This document shows, one piece after another, positions 11,687-21,353 of a stretch of DNA of 54,449 bases. The stretch lies in the IMG/VR virus record IMGVR_UViG_3300021387_000053, one strand, 5' to 3'. The stretch comes from an uncultured virus (IMG/VR IMGVR_UViG_3300021387_000053) (Duplodnaviria; Heunggongvirae; Uroviricota; Caudoviricetes). Every line of letters begins with the position of its first letter. Position 1 is the first letter of the stretch. A program made the translations under genes and the position numbers. The notes below the pieces were generated by a model. That model was not told the DNA's origin. It saw nothing but the letters and a program-made list of their open reading frames with translations, and ran no database searches.

Positions 11687-12658
11687 TTAATCCTGTCCAA
11701 ACAGGATGTCCCTGATGTCCTGATCATCAATAGCAAATGGGAACGCAGCCGCTTTAGGATGACCGCCACCGCCGTACCTCTTGGCAAACTCTCCAAGATT
11801 AGGGCAATTCTCTCCACCACGGAGATGAGCCTTACCATGTTCGAAATCCAAGACCATTGCGAAGTCCGCATCAGGATGCGTCTCAACCAACTTGTTCCCG
11901 ACCTGAGAGAAAAGTTTAGAAGCGGTAGCAACAACCACGGAATAGTAGTTGTTGACGAAGATGCTACTTGACTGAGCAACCCGCTGATCGATATATTCCT
12001 TAACCCGCTGATCGTAACTGTAGGTAATACCCCAAAGCTCATCAGACAGAACAAAGTGCGGACTGCAAATCCTCATTCCATACGCATCAGTGTTAACAAT
12101 CTGACCGATAGCATAATTCACAAACTCTTCATATCCATACAGGGCAGCGAGATAGTTAAGCTGTTTCGAAAGGCAGAGCTTATTCTGGTCGAACCGCCAT
12201 GTATCGTAGAGACACACCGCATTCACGAACTCATCCAGAGCGTCCAGACACTGATGGAAATATCTGTCGTAGACAAGGGATGTACCGCAGACTTCAGGAT
12301 GGGTATTCACATACGCCCAGGGATACTTCTTGCTCATCCACTCAGCTGTCTTGTGATGGTCAAGGAGATGGATCGTTGTCGTGAAGTAGTGGGCAAGGCA
12401 GTAGTCATCCAGTTTCTTGGCGGTCTCTTCGTCGAGACTGAGATCGGTAATTATGATTTCCCTGTGAGTCGGCTTGGTTACCCCGACTTCATCGCTCATC
12501 ACGAGCAGATCAATAAAGTCGGAAACCTTCTTATTAATATTGTCGTAGTCGCAATAGGCAACAGAGAGGGAAGTATTGTAGGTCTGAGCAGCATGCAGAT
12601 GCATCAGCACGGAACATCCCAAGCCATCAAGGTCTGTGTGGGTAAAGAGGTTAATCAT
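11687..12658 (-). CDS. DHH/DHHA1 phosphoesterase (NrnA/oligoribonuclease-like)
   Basis: HTDLDG, ITDL, LDHH and GGGGHPKAA motifs; start at MINLFTH. Confidence 0.88.
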   Translation of the reverse strand: MINLFTHTDLDGLGCSVLMHLHAAQTYNTSLSVAYCDYDNINKKVSDFIDLLVMSDEVGVTKPTHREIIITDLSLDEETAKKLDDYCLAHYFTTTIHLLDHHKTAEWMSKKYPWAYVNTHPEVCGTSLVYDRYFHQCLDALDEFVNAVCLYDTWRFDQNKLCLSKQLNYLAALYGYEEFVNYAIGQIVNTDAYGMRICSPHFVLSDELWGITYSYDQRVKEYIDQRVAQSSSIFVNNYYSVVVATASKLFSQVGNKLVETHPDADFAMVLDFEHGKAHLRGGENCPNLGEFAKRYGGGGHPKAAAFPFAIDDQDIRDILFGQD

Positions 12659-12860
12659 CCGTTCGTTCAAGATCGTCAACTCCTGTTTCAAATTCCTGTC
12701 CCTACCAGTACCAGATGCAAGGCCCTGTGTACCATTCGGGCTTGCGTTCTTTGAACTTGCATCCATCGCAGGACTTCTGTACTGAACACTACCATTCCAT
12801 AAAGATCACCGGGTCGACCGTATCGAGCGTCAGTCGCTTGAACGCTTCCATGTTCGTCAT
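12651..12860 (-). CDS. small Cys-rich phage protein; two in-frame TAG (12789-12791, 12702-12704)
   Basis: RBS AAAGGGG. Reads MTNMEAFKRL...FMEW*CSVQKSCDGCKF...CIWYW*GQEF; the TAA overlaps the DHH start. Confidence 0.75.
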
Positions 12861-12896
12861 CCACGCAGCCCCCTTTCTCCCGTGTGTATAGATAAG

Positions 12897-12924
12897 AAAA
12901 AGGAGCGGGTTTTCACTCGCTCCT
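12897..12924 (-). terminator. intrinsic terminator-like hairpin
   Basis: AGGAGCGAGT-GAAA-ACCCGCTCCT followed by TTTT on the minus strand. Confidence 0.6.
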
Positions 12925-12948
12925 CACTATATATAACACATCGTTTTT
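12923..12948 (-). promoter_or_regulatory. putative phage-specific promoter motif, copy 1
   Basis: AAAAACGATGTGTTATATATAGTGAG, 24/26 identical to 50277-50302. Confidence 0.55.
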
Positions 12949-12969
12949 CTGCGGAAATTAACCGCCCTA

Positions 12970-13518
12970 TTAAATTTTTTCTAGGTATCCCTGTTGGATC
13001 AGCCAAGCAATCCCCACGGCAACAGCATCGGACTCATCGTCGGTCTTATACTGCTGTACTCCTACGTACCGCTCAACACAACGAGCCACCTCATCCTTGT
13101 CTGCTTTATGGTTACCAGTCACTGTCTTCTTGATGGATACCGGGGCGATCTCGTCGAAGGTTGCCTGTTTATAACTGTATGCGTAAAGATCTGCAATCCC
13201 AGCTACTTTAGCCAGAGCTATCGTTTCATTCGGAGTTCTGTAGAACCCACGCTCTCTAACCAGTACCATTCCTTCTGCGGACTTGAGATAGCTTTTGATC
13301 TCCTAGGCTATCTCAGCCAACATCTGTCCGTGTGCTTTCCTCGCTCCATGATTATCTACATTGGATTTGCGGAGTAGCTTTACCTCTTTTGTTTTCTTAT
13401 TAAATTCAAGCTACGCAAACCCTGGGCATCTCAGGGACTAATCCGCACAGAAAAGCAGGATAGTCGGAGACTCATTCTCATATGCGGATACTTGTCCTGT
13501 TGTCTATTCCATATCCAT
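12970..13518 (-). CDS. ruvC: RuvC-like Holliday junction resolvase; four in-frame TAG (13504, 13438, 13411, 13303)
   Basis: Read-through restores the N-terminal catalytic motif LFCAD*SLRCPGFA*LEF. Also VRERGF, IKKTVTGNHKADKDEV and DESDAVAVG. Confidence 0.88.
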
Positions 13519-13519
13519 T

Positions 13520-13855
13520 TTATAGACCAACTTTCTCAGGACGGGTATCATAAGCAAACATAAGTCTTACGATAGCATGGGCAAGATGTTCGTCACTTCT
13601 GTCTCCTGCGAGATATGCATAGATGTGGGCAATTGCATGGTTGAGATGGGATTCGTAGGGAATCTTTGTATAGTTCCTACTTTCTAAAGTCTCACCGTAC
13701 TTATCTGCTCCCTGTCTGGCAACCTCGGCAGCCGCCAAAAGAGCAGAAGGCGGGAGCAATTCGAATGCATACGGTGAAGCAGACTGCTTGCCGCCCTGTT
13801 CATTTTCTACGACGGGAGCGTCGGGCATTACGCCCTAAAGAATATTATCGTTCAT
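13520..13855 (-). CDS. dATP/dGTP diphosphohydrolase-like (DUF5664-type) protein; one in-frame TAG near the N-terminus (13835-13837)
   Basis: GADKYG...NY, HLNHAIAHI and HLAHAIVRLMF motifs; AAAGGAG RBS upstream of ATG 13855. Confidence 0.7.
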
Positions 13856-14025
13856 AGTTATCTCCTTTAAATATAGATGGCGGAGTGTGCAGTTTCAATC
13901 ACACGCAACTCCTATGGATTTCACAGATGTTGATAGCGGAGTTCTCTCTCCGGGTGTTCCACGGACGGAGTCCTTATTGTCTTGGCAACTTTTAATGCTT
14001 GTTCATCCGCCATTCTCATTTCTCC

Positions 14026-14277
14026 TTAACATGTAATCTTAGTAGAGTGAGTTTGCAAATCTGGGTTGAGCGTAATCTTATCGGAGTCTACTGTAATGTT
14101 GGTTACAGTCTCCCCACAAGTAGGACTTACGTAAGGATATGTAGGATAGGTTATAGCCCATACCTCATTCTTTGCTTTACGATATCCCCTGTCATACGCA
14201 TCATTCTACATCTTTTCAAGCTCTTCCTTGGTAATATCTACCTTACCGTCCTTCAATGTAATAACAACAACATTCAT
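14026..14277 (-). CDS. hypothetical protein; one in-frame TAG (14206-14208)
   Basis: RBS GAGGTG. Reads MNVVVITLKDGKVDITKEELEKM*NDAYDRGY... and fills an otherwise empty gap. Confidence 0.75.
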
Positions 14278-14282
14278 TCTTC

Positions 14283-14474
14283 TCACCTCATGTCATACTT
14301 ACTTTCTTTCTGCGGATATTTGTCCTGCGGATGTTTGTCCCGGAATTTATGCTTCCTGTTCATTTCGCACCACTTACAGCTTCCGTGATTCCTGCAAGTC
14401 TTGTCAAAAGCCTTACTGCCATAGTACTGCTTACGATGTTCCTTGCCATATTTGATAGCTTTATCAAGACTCAT
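14283..14474 (-). CDS. small basic hypothetical phage protein
   Basis: MSLDKAIKYGKEHRK...CRNHGSCKWC. Confidence 0.6.
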   Translation of the reverse strand: MSLDKAIKYGKEHRKQYYGSKAFDKTCRNHGSCKWCEMNRKHKFRDKHPQDKYPQKESKYDMR

Positions 14475-14774
14475 TCGTCCTCATCCCCGGTGCTTTGTAA
14501 TCTATACACAATCTCAAGGGCAACCAACATAGCGGACTTCCAACCCATGATATACTCTTCGTCTTCTGAGATTGCTTTATCTGCATCACGCAAATATTCT
14601 TCAATCTCATTAATAGCTTCTTGTTTCGTCATACATGTCTTTTGATTTGCTCCAGTAAATAACTTTGTATTCTGTGAAACATCGGTCGCATAACATTTTG
14701 CCATCTATTTTTCTACAAATCACAAGCCTTCCGCAACATTCGCATTCGCAATATTCAAGATTGTTTTCCATGTG

Positions 14775-15095
14775 TCATTCCTCATAAATGATTTCAAGCC
14801 CGTATGCGACAGCGGCATCATGCTCAATCTTACATCCTCTGGCATTTTCCCACCCCTTGCAGAAATAGACTGCATGACACAGGCTCATGTTCTCAAGAGA
14901 CTTTGCAAGGAAACACAGCGGAATCTGAACCACGCCACGCTCTTTCATCTTTTCATTGGAATACCATTCATCCGTGAACAGGGTATTCACAACCTCATAG
15001 CCCTTCGCTTCAAGCACTTTTATGGCTCGTTCTCTGGTTGCTACGATTTCTTCATCAGTCTTTCCAGCCATCGGCTGAGATAACATAACCTTCAT
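14775..15095 (-). CDS. DUF4406 / nucleoside 2-deoxyribosyltransferase-like protein
   Basis: MLSQPMAG and GWENARGCKIEH motifs. Confidence 0.7.
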   Translation of the reverse strand: MKVMLSQPMAGKTDEEIVATRERAIKVLEAKGYEVVNTLFTDEWYSNEKMKERGVVQIPLCFLAKSLENMSLCHAVYFCKGWENARGCKIEHDAAVAYGLEIIYEE

Positions 15096-15256
15096 GTTTT
15101 ATCCTCCTATTTAATCCACCAATTTATCGCTAGGCTCAAGTTTGAATTTACGCTCACCAGTTTCAATATTGTAGTAATATTCAAACCATCCATCGTAAAA
15201 CTTTCTCCACATAACAAACCCCTATTTAACACAACATGTATTATTCATAAGTTTCT

Positions 15257-15751
15257 TCAATTGTAATTCTTGAGAAATCTTGAAGTAATATTCATCATCC
15301 GAAACTCACCATCAAATCTTTCAAGCTTATACATCTTCTGGTTCGTAGTAGGGGAGTCCAACCCACCAAGATCGGCAATGTATTCCCCGCATTTCAGATA
15401 ATCAAGACTCCCATTTATATCGTCAAACCACTTGCTGAAACATGTCACCTCATCAGTCCCTGTATAAAGACAAGTCCTCAGATTATAAGCGGAATGAATG
15501 TACCTAGCGTAACGACAAGTCTCAGGAAGATTATCTCCTTCTCCCATGAAACAGACGCAGCTAACGCCTGACTTATATTCAGAAAGAAGCTTGTCAATAT
15601 ATTCTTCGCTAAGTACTTTCCCTGTTTTCTTCTGAAGCTCTGGTGAGTGACAACCGGGGCAATGATGTTGACAATCAGAAATCAGAAGTACCAGACTCAC
15701 CTCGTCTGGTACTTCCTGAAATGAAACAGTATATCCGGCACAATAAATCAT
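15257..15751 (-). CDS. nrdG: anaerobic ribonucleotide reductase activating protein (radical SAM)
   Basis: CQHHCPGCHSP, FMGEG and GGLDSPTTNQ; lies next to nrdD. Confidence 0.9.
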   Translation of the reverse strand: MIYCAGYTVSFQEVPDEVSLVLLISDCQHHCPGCHSPELQKKTGKVLSEEYIDKLLSEYKSGVSCVCFMGEGDNLPETCRYARYIHSAYNLRTCLYTGTDEVTCFSKWFDDINGSLDYLKCGEYIADLGGLDSPTTNQKMYKLERFDGEFRMMNITSRFLKNYN

Positions 15752-15772
15752 TACATTCTCCTCTAACGGTTA

Positions 15773-17034
15773 TCAGACACAATTTGACGGAGCATAGTAG
15801 CGTTTCGCCTGTTCGATCTGTCTATCGGCAGACCACTTTGAGATACGGGTAAGATATCCAATTACTCTTGTAGCATAGTCAAGATTCTCAGAGCCACACT
15901 TGGGACATCTCTCAAGCTTATGCTTCGAAATGTGACCACAATCATTACAGATTGTATTGGGGATATTGAAGGTAAAATAATTACAACCCGTCACAATGGC
16001 ATATCTCAGCAGGAATTCATACTGGGCTTTACTCAAATGTTCGTTGAGGTTACAGTGCAGAGCAGAACCGCCATCAAGGTACTGAGTAAATTCTCTGCCG
16101 TGAAGCCTGAACTTATCAATCGGGTTTGTCTTCTCGTCTTCCACAATATAGAAGTAAGAGTTGTAACAGGGACGAGGCACGTTATATCCATCTTCTTTAT
16201 CCCACTTGGCATTCTTAACTCCAAGGTTCTCCGCCGGTACGAATTCGGTATTAAACATCCTATCCGCAGTTTTATCCTGCTTATTTAGTTCATAAATTGG
16301 TTTGAGGATCGCATTAATATAAGCCTTGTACTTCTCATTGTTACCGATATCAACACCAAGATACTCAGCACCTTCAACTGCACCATTAATGCCAACAGTA
16401 AGGTATTCTTTCTCAGGGCTAATAAAGCCAGCGTCATAAATCGAGATCATATGCTTACGAGTCATATCCAAGAGAATTTCATTGTATGCGGAAAGATACA
16501 TATGGATAAGTTTTGTCTGCTCTGCTACTGCATAAGAAATATCTTCAAGATTTATTAACCAATTACTCTCTCTTCTAACCTCTCCAATATCTTCTTCACC
16601 AGGCTTACAGCCTTCGAGTTCACACGTTATATTCTGAACAAGACGGTTCAGGTTCATCGTGATCACGCACTTACTGCCAGTAGAAATACCACCAGCACCA
16701 AGCGTATAGGAGAACTGGTTCTCTGTGATACCATTGCGGAGGCGGCAACAAGAAGCGAGGCTGTCAACACTATCGCTTGTGTATGTAAAGAAACTATGTC
16801 CTTCCGCATACATCTCGGCAGCAAAGTCAGCCCACTCTTTATCCATGAAATCTTTTCCGTCATTAAGAAGGGACAAGGTCTCCACGGGGAAAGTTAAGAC
16901 TTCTTTGAGTCGCTCTCTGTTAAACCATTTCATAAACCGCTTCTGCAACCAACTAACGGATTCCCACTGCATCGGTGTACCGTCAGGGAAAACGAAGTCT
17001 TCAAAGAGCGCATTGAAATAATATTTATCAAAAT
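15773..17034 (-). CDS. nrdD: class III ribonucleotide reductase, exon 2
   Basis: LASCCRL, EFVPAENLG, LDGGSA, Zn-binding CNDC/CPKC and the glycyl-radical loop TRVIGYL. Confidence 0.93.
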
Positions 17035-18053
17035 CCTTTATACCCTCGGTTTCCCGATATTTATTAGGGGAGTAGACTATATCTTCATCCATAAAGTAAT
17101 GGATGTGTGGCACTTCGTTATGTAGAATTTCACTACATAACTACTCCATTAAGGATAGTCGTTACACCTTACGAGTATTCCCGTCTTGGCACGGTGTTGT
17201 CATGCGATACCTATGATTTGATCAAGTCTATCTTTTATAGGTTCATCAAATCTGATTTCATGTAAAAGGATATTGTGCGTCAAACAATATTCCTTTTTGA
17301 TCTTATCTGTTTCTTCACGTTGCATTTTGCCAAAGTATTTTGAACTATCTGGCGGATAAAAATGCTGTTCTCCTTGATATTCAATCAATGCAACAAGCTG
17401 ATCGTCATCCATTATGGCAAAGTCAAATGGAAGTTTATTGCCTTTGGAATTAATGCAATCATCGAACTCGTATTCACGAATATAATGAATATTATGAGCA
17501 TCCAAATATTCAGCAACTTCTCTTTCACCATGTGACTTTATGCAACCACAAGATCTTGTTGCACCATCTTTCTAATGAGTAGAACGTGCAATAACTACGC
17601 TACCGCAATCACACTTGCACTTCCACATTTTTTGATGTTGTCCACAAGGTAAAACATAATCTTCAGCTTGTTCGAGAACTGTTAATATGCCGAATCTTTT
17701 CCCAGTCAAATCAGTTCTAACGCCTTTATGAAACTGTTTACAGCCGCATGATTTTGTTTTTGACAAATTACAACCAAGTACTATTGTTTCATTGCCACAA
17801 TCACATCTGCATTTCCAACGAACAAGTTTTCCACTATCAAATACGGCATCAGAATCTCTCTCAATAACTGTTAGATTTCCATATCTTTCTCCAGTTCTAT
17901 CTTTAAAATTATAATTCATGGGGCATTCCCCCTCATTATTTGACGCAAGGTATCGTTTAGAGTTTCACCGTTAGCTGTAATTAATACAACACCCTACATT
18001 TGTAGGTTCACCACATTATCTTATATCGTCACCAATATAAGGCCCTATTGTTA
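17035..18053 (-). mobile_element. group I intron (1019 nt) in nrdD carrying a homing endonuclease
   Basis: The 5' exon ends in U with P1 GCCU/GGGC; P7 GACTAT/ATAGTC; terminal G. Splicing gives VFWNVA-Y-FDKYYF in frame (642-aa product). Confidence 0.88.
17200..17919 (-). CDS. intron-encoded homing endonuclease (CxCDCG/SCGC Zn repeats plus Vsr/EDxHD-like nuclease); one in-frame TAG (17572-17574)
   Basis: Two track ORFs in the same frame separated only by TAG: RSTH*KDGATRSCGC. Nuclease motif LPFDFAI...IEYQGEQHF. Confidence 0.85.
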
Positions 18054-18720
18054 AGGCAACATTCCAGAAAACACTTTGGCTTCCACGGGCAGCGGCTGGC
18101 TGATTAATGCTATACACTACTTGTTGGAAATGATCTGTGATGACCATGTCGATAGTTGCATGTCTGTTAGACAGATCAACCACATCACTTGCTCTCAGAT
18201 AATAGTCATTTCCGTATTGCTTTCTCAGAAAATAATCCATGTAAGAGATAAACTCAGGAGTAGCAACTGCACCTTTAAGTTGTGCAGCCACAGCGAATAC
18301 GAGATTTACAAACCCACCGCAGAATGAGTCAAGATTCTTCGGAGCAATCGTTGTGCCGGAGAGCTTAGTCATTCCATCAAACAGATAAGGATACAGGGTA
18401 ATGGAAGCACAATAAGGAACACCCGCAAAAGGGAAAGTACTTTCGTCGTGCGTATAAATCTCATGCTTCTCAAGCTGTTCAATGTACTTATCGGCAATAG
18501 TCTCGCCGTACATTTCTTTCAGCTTGTCATACATCATCAAGCGGTTGGTTTTAATGTTCTCTTTCTTGTGTACTTCGGGGGACATAGTAGCGATGTTCTT
18601 TCCGCTGACATTAGAGTTAGCATCTACTTCGCTACCTGATGCGGTATTCTGAGCACCAATAAATTTGTTGATAAAGTTAATGTTCTTTCTTCTTAATTCG
18701 TAATTTGGTGCAATAGCCAT
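18054..18720 (-). CDS. nrdD: class III ribonucleotide reductase, exon 1
   Basis: EVDANSNV, IYTHDES, PYCASI and QVVYSINQPA motifs. Confidence 0.9.
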
Positions 18721-18721
18721 A

Positions 18722-18925
18722 TCAAAGCCCCCTTACATACTGTAGAGCTTGGGGGAACAACATAATCGGAGTTCCGTCACATAAATCCATCTGAGGGACG
18801 CTAGGAGAGGAGAGCTTCATTAAGCTCTCCTCGTCACTAATGATCTCGTACTCTACATGTTTATCTTTCAACATCTTTTCCAGAAGAAGACACTGTGGAC
18901 ACCCAGTAGAATAAACCTTGATCAT
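18722..18925 (-). CDS. glutaredoxin/NrdH-like protein
   Basis: VYSTGCPQC and SVPQ motifs; directly upstream of nrdD. Confidence 0.75.
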   Translation of the reverse strand: MIKVYSTGCPQCLLLEKMLKDKHVEYEIISDEESLMKLSSPSVPQMDLCDGTPIMLFPQALQYVRGL

Positions 18926-19422
18926 TACACAGCACCCCGATCCAGACCATACTCAAGCTGCATCAGAGCCGTTTCCTTCGACTCGTACAGGCGTTCAGCA
19001 ACTGCGGCGCAGAACCCTGTCCAAGGAGTCATCTTCTCTTCGAAGGTGTTAACGACGTGGGTCTTCGTGCCGTCCATCCAGACAACAGTCATCTTGTTCT
19101 TGCTCATATAAATCTTATCCACGTCGAAGTCCTTCATGGGATACTCCGCTTCTTCCTCGTCCTCTTCATCGCAAGACTCGTCGTCTCCATCACAGGTAGG
19201 AAGATCTTCACAGGACACACAATCGCCATCGCAGAAAGGAAGTTCTTCTTCCTTATTGCCATCCTTTTCTTCGGCTTCTTTCTGCTCCTTCTCAAGTCGG
19301 CTGGCAGCGGCAGAGAACACCTCAGACATCTTGTCCATTTCTTCTTCGTTCAAGTTGACAATCGCATCAAGGAACATAGTGCCAAAGATGCTCATAGGAT
19401 CAAAATCCATGTTTTCAGCCAT
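18925..19422 (-). CDS. acidic hypothetical protein
   Basis: ORF with RBS; CDGDCVSC and VVWMDGTKT segments. Confidence 0.6.
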   Translation of the reverse strand: MAENMDFDPMSIFGTMFLDAIVNLNEEEMDKMSEVFSAAASRLEKEQKEAEEKDGNKEEELPFCDGDCVSCEDLPTCDGDDESCDEEDEEEAEYPMKDFDVDKIYMSKNKMTVVWMDGTKTHVVNTFEEKMTPWTGFCAAVAERLYESKETALMQLEYGLDRGAV

Positions 19423-19552
19423 AAATACAACACCTCTTATAAATTAATTAAAATCTTTCCAAGCCATTTAGGAATCTGGATCAGTACTCTCTGTCCTTTG
19501 CAGATAAAGTACTGATCCGCTTTACCTCTTGTGTTATGCCAGATATACATCG

Positions 19553-20068
19553 TTACTTGCCAGTAGAACCCATGCCACCAGTCCTCACACCATCAGCCGC
19601 ATCATCGTCGGTAGTGAAGAACTTGAGGAACACACCCTGGGCAACCCTGTCACCCTGAGCAAGAGTAACAAAATGCTTTACTGGACTCTCCTTCGCAGTC
19701 AGTACGATGTGGATGTGTCCTTCGTTCTTAGCGTTTGCATAGTCGGCATCGATAATCCCGGTGCTATTTGCAAGAGTAACACCGCTCTTAATCCCCAGAT
19801 TTGAGCGGGGATAAATCATCAGCACATAACCCGGATCCATAATGGCACGAATGCCTGTGAGAATACGGGCATCGCACCCAGTCTGGATCTGACACAGATA
19901 CGGAGTAAAGAAATCATATCCGGCAGACTGAGAAGTACTGCGCTTGGGAAGCTGAATCGAATCATAAATCCCACGGATAGTCTTCTCATCAAACTCGTTA
20001 TTCTCACCAGTCATCACTACAAAATCATGACAAAACTGTTCAAATGAAACCTTCTCAAACTTAATCAT
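19553..20068 (-). CDS. dut: trimeric dUTPase
   Basis: SAGYDF, PRSNLG, GIIDADY, RVAQGVF and RTGGMGSTG motifs. Confidence 0.92.
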   Translation of the reverse strand: MIKFEKVSFEQFCHDFVVMTGENNEFDEKTIRGIYDSIQLPKRSTSQSAGYDFFTPYLCQIQTGCDARILTGIRAIMDPGYVLMIYPRSNLGIKSGVTLANSTGIIDADYANAKNEGHIHIVLTAKESPVKHFVTLAQGDRVAQGVFLKFFTTDDDAADGVRTGGMGSTGK

Positions 20069-20273
20069 CTTCTGTGAACTCCTCTCCAAGCAGTTCGTCG
20101 GGGATTGTAACGTACATACCGCATTCACATTCCCCAGTCTCTTTAAACTCTTTACACGGACACTTGTTATCCTTATTGCCTTTCTCTTTATTCAGGCAAT
20201 AACCGCCATTTGACTTAATCCGCTTCTTCAGCCCTTTGCGGAATTCCGTGTTAGGATTCTTTACTATCGCCAT
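20061..20273 (-). CDS. ferredoxin-thioredoxin reductase catalytic-subunit-like small protein
   Basis: GGYCLNK...CPCKEF...ECECGMY. Confidence 0.6.
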   Translation of the reverse strand: MAIVKNPNTEFRKGLKKRIKSNGGYCLNKEKGNKDNKCPCKEFKETGECECGMYVTIPDELLGEEFTEDD

Positions 20274-20928
20274 CGTTGTTCTCCTCTGTTGCATCGGGAA
20301 TAATATCGTCAAACACTGTGGGATACATCAGCTTGGCTTTTTCGAGCAGCTCACACATAACGATCCTGCACTCAGGATACACATCCTTCGCTGTCCGCAG
20401 TTGGAATACATGTCTCCAAGATCTAAGGTTACCGCTCATTATAATCTGAGTAGCTGTAGAGTTAATCAGCACCTTACGTGCATCCTCATTAATTGCTCCT
20501 GCTTCCTTCAGATACTTGTAACTTTCCTCGCAAGCCAGACAATCTTCCTTCCAGAGACTGTACAGTACATGAGCTTTCTCTTCTCCGTACCTCTCAAAAT
20601 GCGGGACACAGAATGCAATATCGCCAGTCTTACATTCATCCACATATCTCTGACTGCGGATTGAGAAGCTGTTCAGTCGATGCCTGGTCAACTCAGCCAT
20701 AACATCTCGTCCAGTAACAATCTCCGCAATCATAAGCGAATGTTCAATCGGAGACTCATGTCTTTTCTTGAGCTAGCCGGGGATCATCTTTTGGTAGCTC
20801 GTCTCAGTCATCTTGGCTGTAGTGTTGTAGCAATTCCTTGCCGCATACTCACACAGTTTCTACATTTCCACTCCTTGTTCTGGCGTTGTCGGAAACTAAA
20901 TCCTCGCACAAGGCTGCAGTTCAATCAT
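20251..20928 (-). CDS. thyX: flavin-dependent thymidylate synthase; three in-frame TAG (20896, 20860, 20773)
   Basis: RHR-x-S-x-RY motif (LTRHRLNSFSIRSQRY). The N-terminal ARNCY and HESPIEH motifs are reached only by reading through TAG. Confidence 0.92.
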
Positions 20929-21338
20929 TCATTTTCACTCTCCTCGAAATCGTCCTCATCAAAAATATCTTCAGTGTCAATAACTTTAGGGGCTGGCTTA
21001 GGGAATACAATCGGAGTCTCTGGGATAATAACTTCCGTGTATCGACACTCGTTATCTTCGGCGGGTGGGTCGGCAGCAAGTCGAATGCCGGAGTTGAGAC
21101 GCTTTCTCGCAGTCTCCAGTGACAAGTGGGACATAACCACATCTCCATTTGTCAGCAGGAAGATAGAGTTCAGAGTCTTATTCATACGGCAATCCCAGAC
21201 TTTTCTGTTCTTCTTAGCCCAGTCAAGGGTACGATCTGCACCTCTTGTGCCTACTCTGATTACACCCTAAATACAATCCGTGTTGAATGTATTCCCATAC
21301 CCTACATCTACAAAGTATGGAAAAGAAATCTTATTCAT
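20925..21338 (-). CDS. RemA/DUF370-like regulator with acidic tail; one in-frame TAG (21267-21269)
   Basis: FVDVGYGNTFNTDCI*GVI...SIFLLTNGDVVMSHLSLETARKRL resembles the DUF370 pattern INIGFGN...IIAIV...SAVQPET. Confidence 0.65.
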
Positions 21339-21353
21339 TTTATTATTCCTTTC

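Noticed and set aside
15110..15248. Possible additional TAG read-through (MNNTCCVK*GFVMWRKF...)
   Set aside because: The TAGGGG could simply be the RBS for the downstream ATG; ambiguous, so not counted.
17035..17113. N-terminus MPHIHYF... of track ORF 15773-17113, and the C-terminal LTIGPYIGDDIR of 18016-18720
   Set aside because: Both are intron sequence read in frame, not part of mature NrdD.
12970..21338. Reading thyX, ruvC and others as nonsense pseudogenes
   Set aside because: The interruptions in these genes are all TAG (never TAA or TGA), motifs are intact on both sides, TAG is unused as a true stop, and a CUA tRNA is present.
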